This document shows positions 62,640-64,000 of a stretch of DNA of 64,000 nucleotides, piece by piece. A model generated the notes under the pieces. That model ran no database searches. It saw nothing but the letters and a program-made list of their open reading frames with translations, and was not told where the DNA came from. Position numbers and translations under genes: made by a program. Source of the stretch: Diadema antillarum (taxonomy: Eukaryota); the NCBI RefSeq assembly GCF_040938485.1, contig NW_027271416.1:124001-188000 (forward strand), written 5' to 3'. Within the stretch, counting starts at the first letter, position 1. Every line of letters starts with the position of its first letter.

Positions 62640-64000
62640 ATATTCATACCACCTGGTCAACAAACACCCTAAACAATGAGTTCACGGCCATAACTGAAGT
62701 AACATTCACCTCATCACACTGATACACAAAATAACACTCAACGTACAAACCAAGATTCATCCCAACACAATGCACACCGCACTGCACCGCACGCCCTTCG
62801 CACAATTACTTCCCACTCAGTGAGTGGCAAGATTTTCTTTATGTATCTCTTCGTTGAGCCCATTGCACAATTACCCCCCACTCAGTGAGTGGCAAGATTT
62901 TCTTTATGTATCTCTTTACCTGGGGCCATCATCCTCGTCAAGCTTAGCTTATGATGATGGTCCCCTGCATTTCATTTTTATCATTTCCTGTTGCTTCCTT
63001 TCATATATGATATTCGTTCTTGAAAAAAAAAAGAAAATGTATGTAAGATCCAAACGTTACGAATATTAGCTGTGTAAATGACTATGTAAGTATTTTGTTG
63101 ATTTGTTGATTTGTATTGATTTTGAAATGCAGAAATAAAAACTGAACTGAACTGAACTGAACTGAACTGAAATATTTGACACCAGGGGGAAAGTAACTCG
63201 TGCAACAAAAGAAAGAGAACAAGGAAGAGGACGAGGACATCGTCATAAAAATTTACGGATACAAACATCCCGAGGTGTTAATACTCTCATTTATCTCTGC
63301 CCATTACAAGCTTATTCACGCGCTAGTATAACTGTGTCTATATAGTTTACAAAGTATTACCAATTTTAACTCTGCTGATGTTTCTAAAATTTTGTTGTCA
63401 TGTTAACAACTTTCGGGGACTCAAATTTGTTGAAATGCATCTTAAGGAAGGGAGTATGTCTAACATCATTATTTCATGAACCAATTAGCTGCACATGACA
63501 ACAAACGCTCTTTTAGTAAATTTGTCACTTATCTGCATACACTATAAAAGAGTTCAAAAATAACCATGAATAGCATGCACCTCTCTCTTGTGTTTCAGTC
63601 GTTTAAGTTATGAGGAGGACGTGATTGAGCAAGCCACTGTTAATACAGTAAAAAGGGAAGTTCTAAGGAGGTCTGACCTGTACCAAGTTCTACTCATGTC
63701 TCCCAATTCCTCAAACGTCGATCGTTCTACACTAATTTCGGATAAGTCCTAAGGCGATGGTCTATATTCAATTCAATTCAATTTTTATTTCATTTTTCGA
63801 CAAGAAAATATAGACATCAATTTTTTGGGAGATAATGATAAATACATTTTAAACAAAAGCAGCAAAATCGTAACAGAAATGTTGACCTAACAAACAAGGG
63901 AGAATCAATCGTATAAGCTTATTTGATAAACATGCGACAAATTTTGTAACACTTAGTGTCACGCACGAGTAACATGCATGTGTGTATATCGTTTCCTATG

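Larger units (their letters stand above)
57353..63170 (+). mobile_element. About 5.8-kb insertion containing an L2/CR1-group LINE (APE plus RT, 3' stem-loop, AATAAA, (ACTGA)n tail)
   Basis: The flanks rejoin as the T1-unit sequence (gagtgataaagcaat...ttgacaccagggg at about 1404-1438). No clear TSD. Confidence 0.82.

Overview
Eukaryotic, AT-rich genomic DNA, most likely from a sea urchin (echinoid). The ORF track uses GTG/TTG starts and ignores introns, so many listed ORFs are artefacts. The window is a minus-strand tandem array of about 10-14 kb units. Each unit carries a TRIM gene with a single coding exon (RING, B-box1, B-box2, coiled coil, NHL-like beta-propeller). Five copies are present: T1 cut by the window edge, T2, T3 and T4 intact, and T5 frameshifted. 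The units are interleaved with PRD-class Q50 homeobox sequences of the pmar1/micro1/hbox12 family: two intact two-exon genes (A and B, each 223 aa with two 11-aa MSVDFLSRSSR eh1-like repeats) and at least four broken exon-1 relics. About 8.6 kb around T2 is duplicated almost perfectly 23.8 kb downstream. The array also holds two L2/CR1-group LINEs, a 3.5-kb hAT-type element with an 8-bp TSD, several MITEs, tRNA-derived SINEs and microsatellites. The main observation is that the micromere-specification homeobox family appears to have been co-amplified with a diversifying, immune-type TRIM gene as one birth-and-death cassette.
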